From Mizuhopecten yessoensis (taxonomy: Eukaryota): 64,000 nucleotides of DNA. The translations under genes were made by a program, and so were the position numbers. The stretch is from the NCBI RefSeq assembly GCF_002113885.1, contig NW_018408876.1, forward strand, positions 575,806 through 639,805. Reading direction: 5' to 3'. Shown in pieces: positions 14,030-27,815 of this stretch. The number at the start of each line of letters is the position of its first letter. The stretch's first letter is position 1. The notes beneath the pieces were generated by a model that had not been told where the DNA came from, ran no database searches, and worked only from the letters and a program-made list of their open reading frames with translations.

Positions 14030-15115
14030 CTTTCCCATGTACCCTCTAACAAAGCGTCAGAGTTCACTCCCCTGTACCCTCTAACGTCGCGTCAGAGTTC
14101 ACTCCCCTGTGCCCTCTGACATAGCGTCAGAGTTCACTCCCCTGTACCCTCCGACATAGCGTCAGAGTTCACTCCCCTGTACCCTCCGACATAGCGTCAG
14201 AGTTCACTCCATTGTACCCTCTAACATAGCGTCAGAGTTCACTCCACTGTACCCTCTAACAAAGCGTCAGAGTTCACTCCCCTGTACCCTCCGACATAGC
14301 GTCAGAGTTCACTCCCCTGTACCCTCTGACATAGCGTCAGAGTTCACTCCCATGTACCCTCTGACATAGCGTCAGAGTTCACTCCCATGTACCCTCTGAC
14401 ATAACGTCAGAGTTCACTCCCCTGTACCCTCTAACGTCGCGTCAGAGTTCACTCCCCTGTGCCCTCTGACATAGCGTCAGAGTTCACTCCCCCGTACCCT
14501 CTAACATAGCGTCAGAGTTCACTCCACTGTCCCCTCTAACATAGCGTCAGAGTTCACTCCCATGTACCCTCTAACATCGCGTCAGAGTTCATTCCCCTGT
14601 ACCCTCTAACATAGCGTCAGAGTTCACTCCACTGTACCCTCTAACATAGCGTCAGAGTTCACTCTCATGTACCCTCTGACATAGCGTCAGAGTTCACTCC
14701 CATGTACCCTCTGACATAGCGTCAGAGTTCACTCCCCTGTACCCTCTAACATCGCGTCAGAATTCACTCCCCTGTACCCTCTAACATCGCGTCAGAATTC
14801 ACTCCCCTGTACCCTCTAACATCCTCTAACATCGCGTCAGAGTGCACTCCCTTGTACCCTTTAACTTGGCGTCAGAGTTCACTCCCCTGTACCCTCTAAC
14901 ATCGCGTCAGAATTAACTCCCCTGTACCCTCTAACATCCTCTAACATCGCGTCAGAGTGCACTCCCTTGTACCCTTTAACTTGGCGTCAGAGTTCACTCC
15001 CCTGTACCCTCTAACATCCTCTAACATCGCGTCAGAGTTCACTCGCCTGTTCCCTCTTACATAGCGTCAGAGTTCACTCCCCTGTACCCTCTAACATCGC
15101 ATCAGAGTTTTATCC
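14030..15115. repeat. 35-bp minisatellite B (AGCGTCAGAGTTCACTCCCCTGTACCCTCTAACAT)
   Basis: About 30 highly similar units. Confidence 0.95.
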
Positions 15116-16816
15116 CCAGCGCCCTCCCACATCCGTCAGGACTGCCAATTCACGAGAAATAGTCGTCACCATGCTGGCTCTGTGCTGATTAGGTCTAAGT
15201 CTTGCCAACTCTAATGAGAACCCGAGAACTCACAAACCTGTATGTCCAATCTTTACGAAAAAGTACGCTCATTTGTTGCTCAGGTTGCTACAGACCTGTT
15301 GGTGGCACTCAAACATTCCCGAAATCACTTTGTGTGGTAGAATAGCGAAGTCAAAGTGCAGGCAGACCCACTTTCGATATCTAGTTAGTAAACAGCTTCA
15401 TAACAATGGAACAATGACCCTGTTATTGTAATTTGTAATATGACACATGTATAATTCAGCTATATGTCTTATATTTATTTACATACCACAAATATAAACG
15501 TTGTATATTATATTATTGTGACAGATATTTCTTTTAACACTTTACGCAAAACATTTGCGGGCATCGTCGGTGTCATGTTCCGTTCATATAATATCTCATC
15601 ATGTCGTCTGCCAGTCATTTCCGGGTTTAGTATTCGATCACTCCTGTAACAAAAGGATTAAAAAATAAATAATAATAAAAAAAAATCTTCTTGCTGATGT
15701 CATTGTATCGGGTAGTCGTTGGCCGGGTTCGACATACAAATGAGCCCATGATATGTTTGGTTATTTACGATGGCGGCGGTTTAAAGCGCCACTACACTAA
15801 CGTATCAAAACATGGACGTGGTAGCATGGTATCTCACCTTGTATGGTTCTGAAAACGTTGATATCTAAACGATCTTTATAATCAACAAAACGGACATTGG
15901 TCCTATTCGTGTCTATGACATTTAAACGAGAGATATTAAATGTAAGACATATCTAGGAATTGGCTGGAATAGTTAACAATTGAATTTCAACGCATTGCTT
16001 TCGGTGCCATTCGCGCGCCGGTGCTGTTTTCAGATCTGAGTGATGAGAATACACCTGGGAGCTTGAAGTCAAACATTTCGTTGACGTAGGTACAGTAATA
16101 CATCATGTAATACATCACAAAGACAATTGCAGGCTCCTCAAACGAACCATAAAATAACAAACAGCGTTAACAAACAATAACTGGTATTCATTCCGCCATA
16201 CGTCTGTCGGAGGTTAAGGCTGCTGGTGCCATAGTATTGTGTGAACAACTGGCACGATCTGTGTGACGGTAACACAGTCAGGGGCAGATAACCGCCTATC
16301 AATTGTCGGTATTATCACCAGTGTTCTTTATTTCATTAGCAGGCAGTAGAGCCTGGATACATGCCCGTTGTAGACAAAGATACTAGTTGTAATTTCTGCT
16401 TGCTTCTAACAAGTGAGCGCTGCATATACACGTAATGATATTTTGACGCTATTTCAACAATAGGCGTATACGAGATGATTTATTTACTGTGATATACATA
16501 AGTATGTATTACTGTGTAAATGTTATTATTTGCGGGGTTTTAATTTAATCATTCTGTTTCGGAAAACACGCACGCGTATGAAAGAAAAAACCTGTGATGA
16601 TGATTTCCATGGGAATATTCAAGCATTCCATTGCTTTTAGTTGGCATTCATAGTCAGCATGAATGTTAATTGGAATGTGACCAATTACATGAAGCCCGCT
16701 TGTCATGGCTAAAAGAAATACAAAATGTATCATCCAATCTTGGTAGGGTTATATAGGGTCAGTGCCATGGAGTAATAGATAGTTCTTCTTTAGTGACATG
16801 TACACATGTACTGCTC

Positions 16817-16944
16817 TTACTGTAGGGAAACACGATCCTTTGTTTCTCCGAGGTTAATCGTGTTTAACTCGGGCTTCGCATGATTAACATGATTAACATG
16901 ATTAACCTATAAGAAACAAAGAATCATGTTTGCCTACCATAAGG
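16817..16944. repeat. Imperfect palindrome, probably a foldback element remnant
   Basis: cttactgtagggaaacacgatcctttgtttct..aggttaatc pairs with gattaacct..agaaacaaagaatcatgtttgcctaccataag. Confidence 0.6.
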
Positions 16945-17200
16945 ACAATGCATATTTCTTTATCAATAGATCAAAAACAGTAACAAAATATCAGAAATGA
17001 TCAGGTTAGCGCACCATTGTTGTCGTCATTCGGAACTAGGTTATGGTGGCTCTTGACGGTTTTTCTAGAGAGGCTTCAAATAAGGGAAATATGATAGGGA
17101 AAACTTGAGCGAATAAGGGCAACATGATGTTTTATTGCCCCGTCATGTAACCAGTATCGTCTAATCAGATACGCTGTTATAAAGATGAGGTATTACAATA

Positions 17201-17586
17201 TATAACTGGCAGGGTCCGCGAAGATTGACTGGGTCGATCATTGGCGAACAGGTAGCTCAATTGGTAGAGCGTCCGTCTAGAGTTCGGAGGGTCTCGGCTT
17301 CGAACCCCGGTCTGGCCGTTATATTTTCTCTTTCTCCTGTTACAAAACTGGCGAGCTTGCCAACCCTTGTTTCAAGCATTAGGAGTACGCTTAGCAAGGG
17401 GATACTCGAACTTTGGTTGTAAATAATTGTGTTTTCGGGGGCGAAGCCTTAGAAAGGAGGGAGGAATGGACTGGGTCAATGATCGTTGACCAGGTAGCTC
17501 AATCGGTTGAACGTCCGTCAAGAGTTCGGAGTGTTCCTGGTTCGAACCCCGGTCTGGCCGTTACATTTTCTCTCTCTCCTGTTACA
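17201..17586 (+). mobile_element. Non-autonomous mini LTR retrotransposon (TRIM) with tRNA-derived LTRs (Helenus-like)
   Basis: LTR1 17201-17344 (TaTAAC...GTTACA), PBS TGGCGAGCTTGCCA 17349-17362, PPT AGAAAGGAGGGAGGAA 17451-17466, LTR2 17467-17586 (TG...GTTACA, with a deletion near its 5' end). Each LTR has an A box (TAGCTCAATYGG) and a B box (GG(C)TTCGAACCC). Confidence 0.8.
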
Positions 17587-18924
17587 TTTGTTTAATAATT
17601 TTAAATCATCACGACTGAGTCGTTTAAATGAAAATCGCAAACAAAACTCACGAAAACAAATGATTTACGCTAATAACATACCCGAGGCTATACGCATGGT
17701 GTTTGGTTTGAGATGCGCACTGGCCCTGTTCATCCATGGAGTGTGGGAATATTACAAGGAACAGCATTCTTACATAATGGTCACCTCGGTTAATCGTCAG
17801 ACAAGTGGTCAGTTAGCAGGATTATGACCAGGAAGTCTGCACGGACTTAAACAAATGGCTCTCCGCTACATAAATGGTCGTGAAACGGGAAGGGAGGGAC
17901 CACCTATTATTGATGGGCGTTGAGTACAGGAAATGGGCGTGACTTCTTATTACTAAGCATGTAGGGGAAGGAAAGACCGTAAAATTAGCAAATAAATAAG
18001 AAATGAAATAAGATAAAATAAATAAAGAATGGAGGAAGGGACGGAGAGAGGAAGGAGGAGGTTTCTCTTGAATTTATTCACTAATAGCAGCAATGATCAT
18101 ACAAAAATACGTCTTTTAAAAGAAAGCTTACAGCTTACATAATTTATCTCCCTGAAATCAGATGAAGATGTGTTTTATTGAATTGTTTTAGACAAGAACA
18201 CGTGTTAGCGAATATGTAAACAATTACCAGGTATAATCAACGTTCAACACAGCTGCAAATGAGCAATATATTTTAAAATTTATATTTAAGGCAGCATCGT
18301 TTGGCTTTTATCGTACCATTATTTGTGTACTTTAAACAAGCTCGCACAGAGAGAATCTTACACGTATCATCTCACTCATCATCTTGTATTCTGCCACTTC
18401 TGTTTGTTACGTCAGTTTTCATTGGCCAATCTCGATGACATGTCGTGCGCATGTCAATTATATACGCATGCAATATCCACATGTGAAAATAATTAAGGTC
18501 GAAGAGACTTTTAGAGGTTTCGGAAACGTGCAAAGTAGATGAACGGTTGGAATGAAAGAGCAGATTTTGTTTATATACTGTCAATATCCAGTAATAGCCT
18601 AAATGAAAACAGGACAACGATTTTCTGATTGAAGAAACGTTTATTACGTGTAATAGTCTTGACGTAGTAAAATGCATTTAGTCAATTTCAGTGAATGATG
18701 ATTGTTGAATAAATATCACCGAAGGCCCAAAATATAACCTTACGATTTGAGAGGTTGTAAATGTGCGCCATCATTGAAAAGTAAATATGCATCGATAATG
18801 GTGATTGGCCCGATTTCCTTGTCCACAATAACTGACACTCACAATCAATGTCCAAAATATCTCTCACTCTCGGTATAATCTCGGTTACAAAGAAGCTTGA
18901 AATAGTTTGCTTCCTACCACAGAC

Positions 18925-19091
18925 CACGCCTACGATCACTAGCCCTCAACCAATGGGTCGAGAGCTCGAGGTTTACGTGGGGCAGTCGCTAGGTACGTAC
19001 CGCAGGTCAGTGTCTTTTCTACGGGTACTCTGGTTTCCCTCCACCACCAAAATGACCACAGCTGTTAATAGGACGTAAAGCAAACCAAACC
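18925..19091 (+). mobile_element. SINE with V-domain-like core, copy 2
   Basis: Shares gccta(c/t)gatcactag, agtcgctaggta, ggtactc..gtttccctccaccaccaaaa and ctgttaatag...aaaccaaac with 5836-6001. Confidence 0.65.
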
Positions 19092-20474
19092 TCCCTTGAC
19101 CCGGGTAAATTTTGATGATCTCGATGACCTTGCAAATCAGGATGTCTAGAGATATTTTGTTCTCAATGTGGAGAATGTGTTACGACTGTTTCCATATCAG
19201 GGAAATGTTTACGCCGAATCCTTGTGCAACGCTGCGATTTCAATTAAATGTAACTACATTTACATAATAGCAATTAAATGCTTCAAATTTCTCATCTTCA
19301 TAACACACGCTCTGTAACTGTTTACGCGATATTACGTTGCGTTTCTTTTTTTAAGAAAACCAATAGTTGTTTTGTAGACAAGAGGCAACTATCTATTAGT
19401 CGCTGTAAATTATCAATAACACGTTGTTTGTTGTAATCATCATGAAACAAACACCCCCATTGTGACAGACGATCATCGAAATAACAAATTCAAACACGGG
19501 AATATTAATTTCTGTTTTGTCACAACTTTTGTTTATTTGAGAATTAATGAAGATCGTGGCCTAAATTCTGGAATCCATAAAACTTAAAAACTTAAAAAAT
19601 ATATAACTCAAAATGTGTCTGGAGTAACTCAAATAGTGTTACATGTATGTACAGATACAACACCCAATGGACCCCTTAACGGCATTCTGTACAGACATTT
19701 GGCAATTCGATGACACTAAACTTCGTAATAAAAAGATCAAAATTTGTTTTCTCTGTTATTGCCTCGTAAAGTCCATGTCGCCAATAATTTACCAGCAGAA
19801 TTTCCCATCAAAGCTCACATACATGTAACGAGACACCACCGCGATCGCTGATCGTTCTCTCCCAAACCTAGGTATCGATTAATCACAGTAAGTTCAACTG
19901 GACGTGACCGAATTCCGGGTTAGTCAGACGGGACATTCCCTGGACAGGGCTCATGTTACTTTGCGGTCAAACCTGGGGTATGTCCAGTGTCCGGGACATT
20001 ATCAATACTAGCGGTGTCCGAGGGTCCTGTTTCCATATCGACTGCCGTTTCACGCGCCTCGGGATTAATTTCGAATGTACGCGTGGAGCTATTTCCGCCA
20101 TTATGATAGGGAGTCATTCGCACAAAAGCGATGGTCTTGTTCTTGAAAACAAACGAAGCGAAGAATTAGAATTCCATTTAGTGGAAACTGTAAAACTAAT
20201 CATGGTGCCCCAGTTTTCGGCCATGTTTGATCTGATAATAGATAAGGCTTTCCCTTTAAAGAGTTAATCAAGATTTCATAATGGTTTATAAAACACTGTA
20301 CTTCAAATGGCAAATTTCGAAAGCATCAACTAATCGGAAAGACGAGGGAGGATTTCAAACGACATGTTAAAAAGGGTGGCAAATAAAACAAGGGGTATTA
20401 TATAGAGGTTTTACAATCAGCGTCAGCTGTTAACGAAAGAAAGAGGATAGATACGTGTTGAGGGAGGGAATGAA

Positions 20475-20475
20475 T

Positions 20476-20506
<31 letters not shown>

Positions 20507-20518
20507 GGGGGGGGGGGG
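20475..20518 (+). repeat. (TG)n followed by a poly-G tract (29 nt)
   Basis: Direct inspection. Confidence 0.9.
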
Positions 20519-20554
20519 ATGTTGGACCGAAGTAAACGAATGTATACAAGATAT

Positions 20555-21085
20555 ATTGAGTACAAAGAAGACTAGATATATTTACTAAAACCGGACTTAA
20601 TATATTTAGTACAAATGAACTAGATCTATTTTAGTACATAGGAACTAGATATATTAAGTACAAAATGGACTAGACATTTTTAGTACAAAAAAAATTAGAT
20701 GTATTTAGTATAAAATGGACTAGACATTTTTAGCACAAAATAAAATAGATGTATTTAGTATAAAATGGACTAGATGATTTAAGTACAAAATGAACTAGAT
20801 ATATTTAGTACAAAATGGACTAGATGATTTAAGTACAAAATGAACTAGATATATTTAATACAAAATAAACTAGACATATTTAGTACAAAATGGACTAGAT
20901 GATTTAAGTACAAAATGAACTAGATATATTTAGTACAAAATGGACTAGATGATTTAAGTACAAAGCGAACTCGATATATATATAATATAAAATAACCTAG
21001 ATATATTTAATACCAAATGGACTAGATGATTTAGTACAAAATGAACTCGATATATTTAATTGAACTAGATATATTTAGTATAAAG
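20555..21085. repeat. 25-26 bp minisatellite (AGTACAAAATGAACTAGATATATTT)
   Basis: About 20 units, partly alternating variants. Confidence 0.9.
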
Positions 21086-22450
21086 TTACTTAAAACGGCA
21101 AGAAAAAAATATAAGGATGAGGTTACCTGTACTTTCTAGAGAACACAGCATTAAAAAGTGGGTATTCATTACAACATTAAAGCTAACTTACCGGTATGCT
21201 CAACTATCAGGTAAAAACTCAGCTTACTCGCGAATACTCAGGTTTCACGACCCTGTTACATAGTTCCGCGCCATTAGCAAACATTACGCTCATAGAAACG
21301 CATCTTACCGGCATAACACACTCATGCTGCAGTTTTAATGATCATAATATAGGTCGTACAACACACGAAGACAGCCGTAATAAAAATAACTCAAACCTTT
21401 ATAGGAACAGCATTAAAGGCGTTGAAGAATCTAGAATCACTACAAATGACCATAAATAAAGAATATCAAAAGATCGAAAAATTGAAACCCCACAAAAGAT
21501 GTATTAATGAGAAATGTTGGGAAAAAATCGAGAAATTTCTTTGATGTAGCAGTGAACCTCATATAGATGCTGACAGTTACTGTACGGCATGCTATATTTG
21601 TGGGTACTCCTTTTTGTGGCTCTATGTAAACGCCAGCCAGATGTCATCTATTGACATCCGGTATCGAGTGATTTATCCGCTTTATAACCTTCGCGATTCC
21701 TATTTATCCACGAAAACCGCCAACGTAAAAACACCACCAACATGTTTATGTTACATAGAATGCTTTTAATGTAAAAAAAAAATGTTCGCGATATGTAGAA
21801 ATTTTCGCATCTATTTTTCAAGTAGCATGTCAGCGCAAAAGTATGTACACGGTACGGTGTAACATCTGGAAACGTATTGACATTTGATAAAAATAGAATA
21901 TAAAATAACTCAATATTACATCAGACATGGCGAAGAATGACTAATAAGATCTGTTAAATTGGAACTATAATCACAGTATACATTATAATGTAAGTGAAAT
22001 AGTATCACGAAGATAGTGTTGTCATACCCCAGGTTTCAGAAAGTGACATTGTATCCCCCCCTACCTACAGTCATGTACGCAATATACAAAAGCTCAAGAA
22101 ACACGTATAGATGATAATAAAATTGATTGTTTTCAAATTGTACTACCTTTGAATAATACTTCGTCAAATATACGACTTCACGTTATAAATTCAAAATACA
22201 AAAATTTGTTCTGTTCACTCTTTTGATCTTCAAAATTCATCTAAATAGCGAAAGTCGACTAAATATTCGTGAGGTATCAAAATTCGCGAGCACCTCTCTT
22301 CTTGAATTAATTGCGAGTACACTCGCGAAAATTACGCTATTCACAGCAAGCCAACATCTTTAATTGTTTATATGTTTACGTGTTATTAAAGCTTTGATTG
22401 TTAATTTGTTTACGTGTTTTTAAATCTATCATTGTTTTGTTGTTTGTCAG

Positions 22451-22666
22451 ATCGTGAAGATGCTGGTGACCATTGTGACGTTTTTCGGTCTGTGCTGGCT
22501 ACCTCTACATTTATTTATCCTCGTGTTGGACTTCAATCCTGGATTGGAGGCCGATTCTCAGATCCTACCAACACTCAACATCCTGTATTTCCTCGCTCAC
22601 TGGATCGCCATGTCAAATAGTTTCGTTAACCCCATCATCTACGGATTCATGAACAATAGTTATAGG
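22451..22666 (+). CDS. Internal coding exon (TM6-ECL3-TM7) of a rhodopsin-family neuropeptide GPCR (RYamide/luqin/tachykinin/leucokinin-receptor-like)
   Basis: Acceptor ttgtttgtcag| at 22450, donor |gtaagt at 22667; 216 nt, phase 0/0. Translates IVKMLVTIVTFFGLCWLPLHLF...LAHWIAMSNSFVNPIIYGFMNNSYR, with the class A CWxP and NPxxY motifs and the HWxAMSNS signature of this receptor group. Confidence 0.95.
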
Positions 22667-25600
22667 GTAAGTCATCTCGACCTCAGCATTTTTTCATTTA
22701 TCGACTTTCGTTGAGGTGAAAATGTGATTGTATGAACCCGAGAAAAAGATAATAACACATGTATTTCCCATAATAAACGTGTAATATCAAGAACTGTTTT
22801 TTTCCACAAAAGTACACGAGCACTCTTAGACGGCAGATCTGGGCGTATAGGTCTAATTTGAAGTGATACATTCATAAAAGACGGATTGCTATTCATGTAG
22901 GGGGGCACCTGTTTACGAATCACATTGGTCCGCTATTCACGACTTCTTTTCCGTTTTTTTGTCATTATCTTCCTTGTTTTAGCATCACTTCGCCTGATGA
23001 GACAATATACATGTTGTAAAATAACTAATTTCGTACATGAGGTTTTGTTAATTCACGCCGGAAGAAAATGTTTTATTGTTGGTTTGTGGGGCTGGTTGGC
23101 TCCACAGCAATAAGACAACCCTCACAGTCAATTTCCGTCATTCAATGGAAGCACATCCTATAATAATGTATTCTACCTCCTGCGACGTTCCTATTAAAAC
23201 AAACGGTTTTCCGAAGGGTTGGGGGCATATTTTCTAATTGGCTTTTATAAGCTTCAAATATTTCTTTTTCAATACAAAGCACATACATGTACAAGCATGA
23301 TACATGTAAAGGACCAGTCATCACAACCAGAATTCGCTAACTCTGATATAAGGACACAGTAAGAGGCTCTGTACACTCTACAGTAATATACAGTACACGT
23401 CTAAAACGGTTATTTAGGTTTAATAAACTAAAACATGTATTCCCACACCTTACCGGTGAATTGCAGTTGTTTTTTCTACAGAAAAGATAAACTTGTCTTT
23501 ACCTACTTAGAGAAAGATACCTCACATGCGCTTTTAACCTGAAAATGTCATCATCGCGTCATCACTTTATGCAGCATAACTAGTGAAGCGTCATCAATTT
23601 TGTCATACGTTTCACCCGTCCTTGGTGATGCGGTGCATGGGTTTTCCATCACAACTTTATTTTTTTGGGAAGAAATCGCGAGAGAGCAAAATAGCATCAC
23701 CCCTATGTGACGCAGACGGAGATTCATAAACCCATAGATTTTTTTTGAAGTTTAGCACTTGGCTAAACCCCGTGATTAATTTAAGAAATCTAACCCCCGG
23801 AATGAGATTACATATTTCTCTATAGGTTGAGAATTTTTAAGTTCAACACTCGGCAAAACGCCTTGATTAATTTAATTTCAAAAACTTACTCACAGAGGGG
23901 ATTTCTCTAGGCTGAGATTTTTTAAGTGTAACACTAGAAAAAGCCCCTTGATTAATTTTGAAAAATCTTACCCTTGGGTTGAAATTCCTCCCTCTAAATA
24001 ACACAGGAGAGATTATTTTCTATTTGTCACATTTAAATGTGATTGCAATCCAACACTTGTGAAATACTTGACAGTTAGTTTTCCCTCCCTATACCGGTAC
24101 CTCTCTACAGCTGTCACTTGTCCACTCGAGTTCACAAACTGTCAATACGACTTGTCAATTACGAAACGTTTCTTCTGCCTAGCCGGGCGGTCTTATTGGA
24201 CAGGTTTTTTTTATCGTATCAATATTGATACATTGTAATAAAACCTGGTGAACATTACTATAGTGATAAAGCGTGTTTGCAGGTCATATAAGATGTTATA
24301 TTACCCCTGTAATAAGACCTCGAACTTCTTATTTAGCTGGAACCCATCGATTGTTATTTATTGATCTAATCGAATAACTGAATCTGGAAGTAGTTCCGAA
24401 CAATTGAGCGCCATTTTATCCCATTATAATATCACTATCCCGTCCTCGGCGTTGTTTTGTTCGCCATTAATGTTCGGTTCAAGGTTTTTTTCGGAGAACG
24501 AATTTAACATTGGTATGGAGTCATGATGGTCAATGTTAAGCAGAATATATGAAATGCGTTTGAAGGCGAATTGAAGGCGAATTGAAGGCTGTAATAGAAG
24601 GCTGTAATAGAAGCAATGCCACAATTATTGCGTGAATGAATATACATGAACATGCACTTCATATATCAATACGCGCACTATACTCCTGGAATCTGAGACG
24701 TCAGATGATCAGATTGCATAGCACGGGACCTTTTAGAGATTGAAATTGTCAGTCTTACGTACTATTTTAACTGTATCTCTTATAAAAATGTTTATCACAG
24801 AAAGTGAAGACAGACATGCACAGTTATCGAGCATGTACATGAACTATCTTATTATTTAATGGAGCGTGATCATATTTACCTATGTACTTAATATAACCTC
24901 GACCCTACATCAACATGCCAAGCGCCAATCTAGTGATAATCTCAATTTATAAAGTTTATTTTTAAGATAGGTTTACATATACAATGTACATGTATAGATA
25001 AGGAAATCAGTGTATGATAAGGGTTAGCATGCCGGCGTCTAAGATCAACATGTCATGCGCAGACAAGGTTATCCGCACGTGTAGGCTTTTTAAAGAAAAA
25101 AATTATTTAAAGAAGATATCATACAATCAATGACTTGATATTTATGAATACCGATATCACTAACACTAAAATATATAGCAGTCTTTATAAATATGTAGAA
25201 TCATCAACACCAGGGGAATTTACACCTTGTTAGTTCAACAATTGACGACAGATCTTTTTAAGATAAGATTGACACGCCCAGATTACACGTCATCATTACG
25301 TCATAGGCACGTGAAAGTGTAAACAGATCATGATATTAAAATCAAAGCTGTCAGAGAATACAGCGTGTCAGAAGTCACGTCCTTCCGACACGAACATAGT
25401 GGCTTATTCACGGAAACATACAGGTTTAATTAAATATTTACACGATGTATTTGAAAACCAAATTTGACTTCTTAGCTTCACATTTGTGAGGATAGCACCT
25501 CCAATGTTTTTCAGGGTTACCTCCCCTTGATGGACTGACTTATACTATATACTGAGAGTGACAGACAGACAAAACATGTCTTTGGCGAGACGTTTTTTTT

Positions 25601-26019
25601 CCTTAACATCCTATACTTTCTGTCAAAATGATTCACAGGGTTACCTTTCTCTTTCTGTCGAAAAGATTCGCGGAGTCATCATTTTTAATGTAGAGAGATC
25701 CGTTGGGAGATATTTTCCTACAGATTTTATGTTATTTCTTCCATATTCATACAAACAATAATATTTTTATAAATATATATGTCAATGACATATAAATAAT
25801 GACTGGTAACACAGCGGATACATTCCTTGTTATATAATCATGAGGTCTTTGAATAGAATCCATGTGGCTTGGCGTAAAAAGGAATTTTACATGTACATAT
25901 TTCATTTATATAACTCTTTACTATAGGGAATGGTCGAAAAGCTCCAAGATAGAAAAATGCCAAACAAATTTTACCTCTTTTTTTAAATTGTGCTAGGACT
26001 CTCTACATTATTAAGTCAT

Positions 26020-27815
26020 TACGTCTTAAAATACAACTTCTAACGTCTCAAAGTACAACTTCTAACGTCTCAAAGTACAACTTCTAACGGCTTAAAGTTC
26101 AACTCTAACGTTTTAAAGTTCAACTTCTAACGTCTCAAAGTTCAACTTCTAACGTCTCAAAGTACAACTTCTAGCGTCTCAAAGTACAACTTCTAGCGTC
26201 TCAAAGTACAACTTCTAGCGTCTCAAAGTACAACTTCTAGCGTCTCAAAGTACAACTTCTAAATTCTCAAAGTACAACTTCTAACTTCTCAAAATACAAC
26301 TTCTAACGGCTCCAAGTTCAACTTCTAACGTCTCAAAGTTCAACTTTTAACGTCTCAAAGAACAACTTCTAACGTCTCAAAGTTCGACTTCTAACGTCTC
26401 AAAGTTCGACTTCTAACGTCTCAAAGTTCGACTTCTAACGTCTCAAAGTACGACTTCTAACGTCTCAAAGTACGACTTCTAACGTCTCAAAGTTCAACTC
26501 TAACGTCTTCAAATTCAACTTCTAACGTCTCAAAGTGCAACTTCTAACGTCTCAAAGTTCAACTCTAACGTCTTCAAATTCAACTTCTAACGTCTCAAAG
26601 TGCAACTTCTAACGTCTCAAAGTCCAACTTCTAACGTCTTAAAGTTCAACTTCTAACGTCTTAAAGTTCAACTTCTAACGGCTCAAAGTACAACTTCTAA
26701 CGTCTCGAAGTACAACTTCTAACGTCTCAAAGCACAACTTCTAACGTCTCAAAGCACAACTTCTAACGTCTCAAAGTGCAACTTCTAACGTCTCAAAGTT
26801 AAACTTCTAATGTCTCAAAGTACAACTTCTAACGGCTCAAAGTACAACTTCTAACGGCTCAAAGTTCAACTCTAACGTCTTCAAATTCAACTTCTAACGT
26901 CTCAAAGTCCAACTTCTAACGTCTTAAAGTGCAACTGCTAACGTCTTAAAGTACAACTTCTAACGTCTTAAATTACAACTTCTAACGTCTCAAAGCACAA
27001 CTTCTAACGTCTCAAAGTGCAACTTCTAACGTCTCAAAGTTAAACTTCTAATGTCTCAAAGTACAACTTCTAAATTCTCAAAGTACAACTTCTAACGGCT
27101 CAAAGTTCAACTCTAACGTCTTAAAGTTCAACTTCTAACGTCTCAAAGTGCAACTTCTAACGTCTCAAAGTTCAACTTCTACCGTCTTAAAGTTCAACTT
27201 CTAACGTCTTAAAGTACAACTTCTAACGTCTTAAATTACAACTTCTAACGTCTCAAAGTTCGACTTCTAACGTCTCAAAGTTCAACTTTTAACGTCTCAA
27301 AGAACAACTTCTAACGTCTCAAAGTGCAACTTCTAACGTCTCAAAGTGCAACTTCTAACGTCTCAAAGTTCAACTTCTAACATCTCAAAGTTCAACTTCT
27401 AACATCTCAAAGTACAACTTCTAACGGCTTAAAGTTCAACTCTAACGTCTTAAAGTTCAACTTCTAACGGCTCAAAGTACAACTTCTAACGGCTCAAAGT
27501 ACAACTTCTAACGGCTCAAAGTTCAACTCTAACGTCTTCAAATTCAACTTCTAACGTCTCAAAGTTCGACTTCTAACGTCTCAAAGTTCAACTTTTAACT
27601 TCTCAAAGTACAACTTCTAACTTCTCAAAATACAACTTCTAACGGCTCCAAGTTCAACTTCTAACGTCTCAAAGTGCAACTTCTAACGTCTCAAAGTGCA
27701 ACTTCTAACGTCTCAAAGTACAACTTCTAACGTCTCAAAGTACGACTTCTAACGTCTCAAAGTTCAACTTTTAACGTCTCAAAGTACAACTTCTAACGTC
27801 TCAAAGTACAACTTC
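26020..27815. repeat. 22-bp minisatellite (CAACTTCTAACGTCTCAAAGTA), ~80 units, in the last GPCR intron
   Basis: Direct inspection. Confidence 0.97.

Noticed and set aside
14030-15115. Possible CRISPR array (35-bp repeats); the 40-bp hairpin array at 57.5-59.5 kb was considered too
   Set aside because: Head-to-tail units without unique spacers, no cas genes, eukaryotic context.
17240-17560. Two functional tRNA genes
   Set aside because: Mismatched stems, differing anticodon loops, and embedding in an LTR/PBS/PPT structure.
23480-24030. Possible Crypton-like or foldback non-autonomous element (similar patch at about 180-260)
   Set aside because: Only loose internal repeats; boundaries and family could not be supported by eye.
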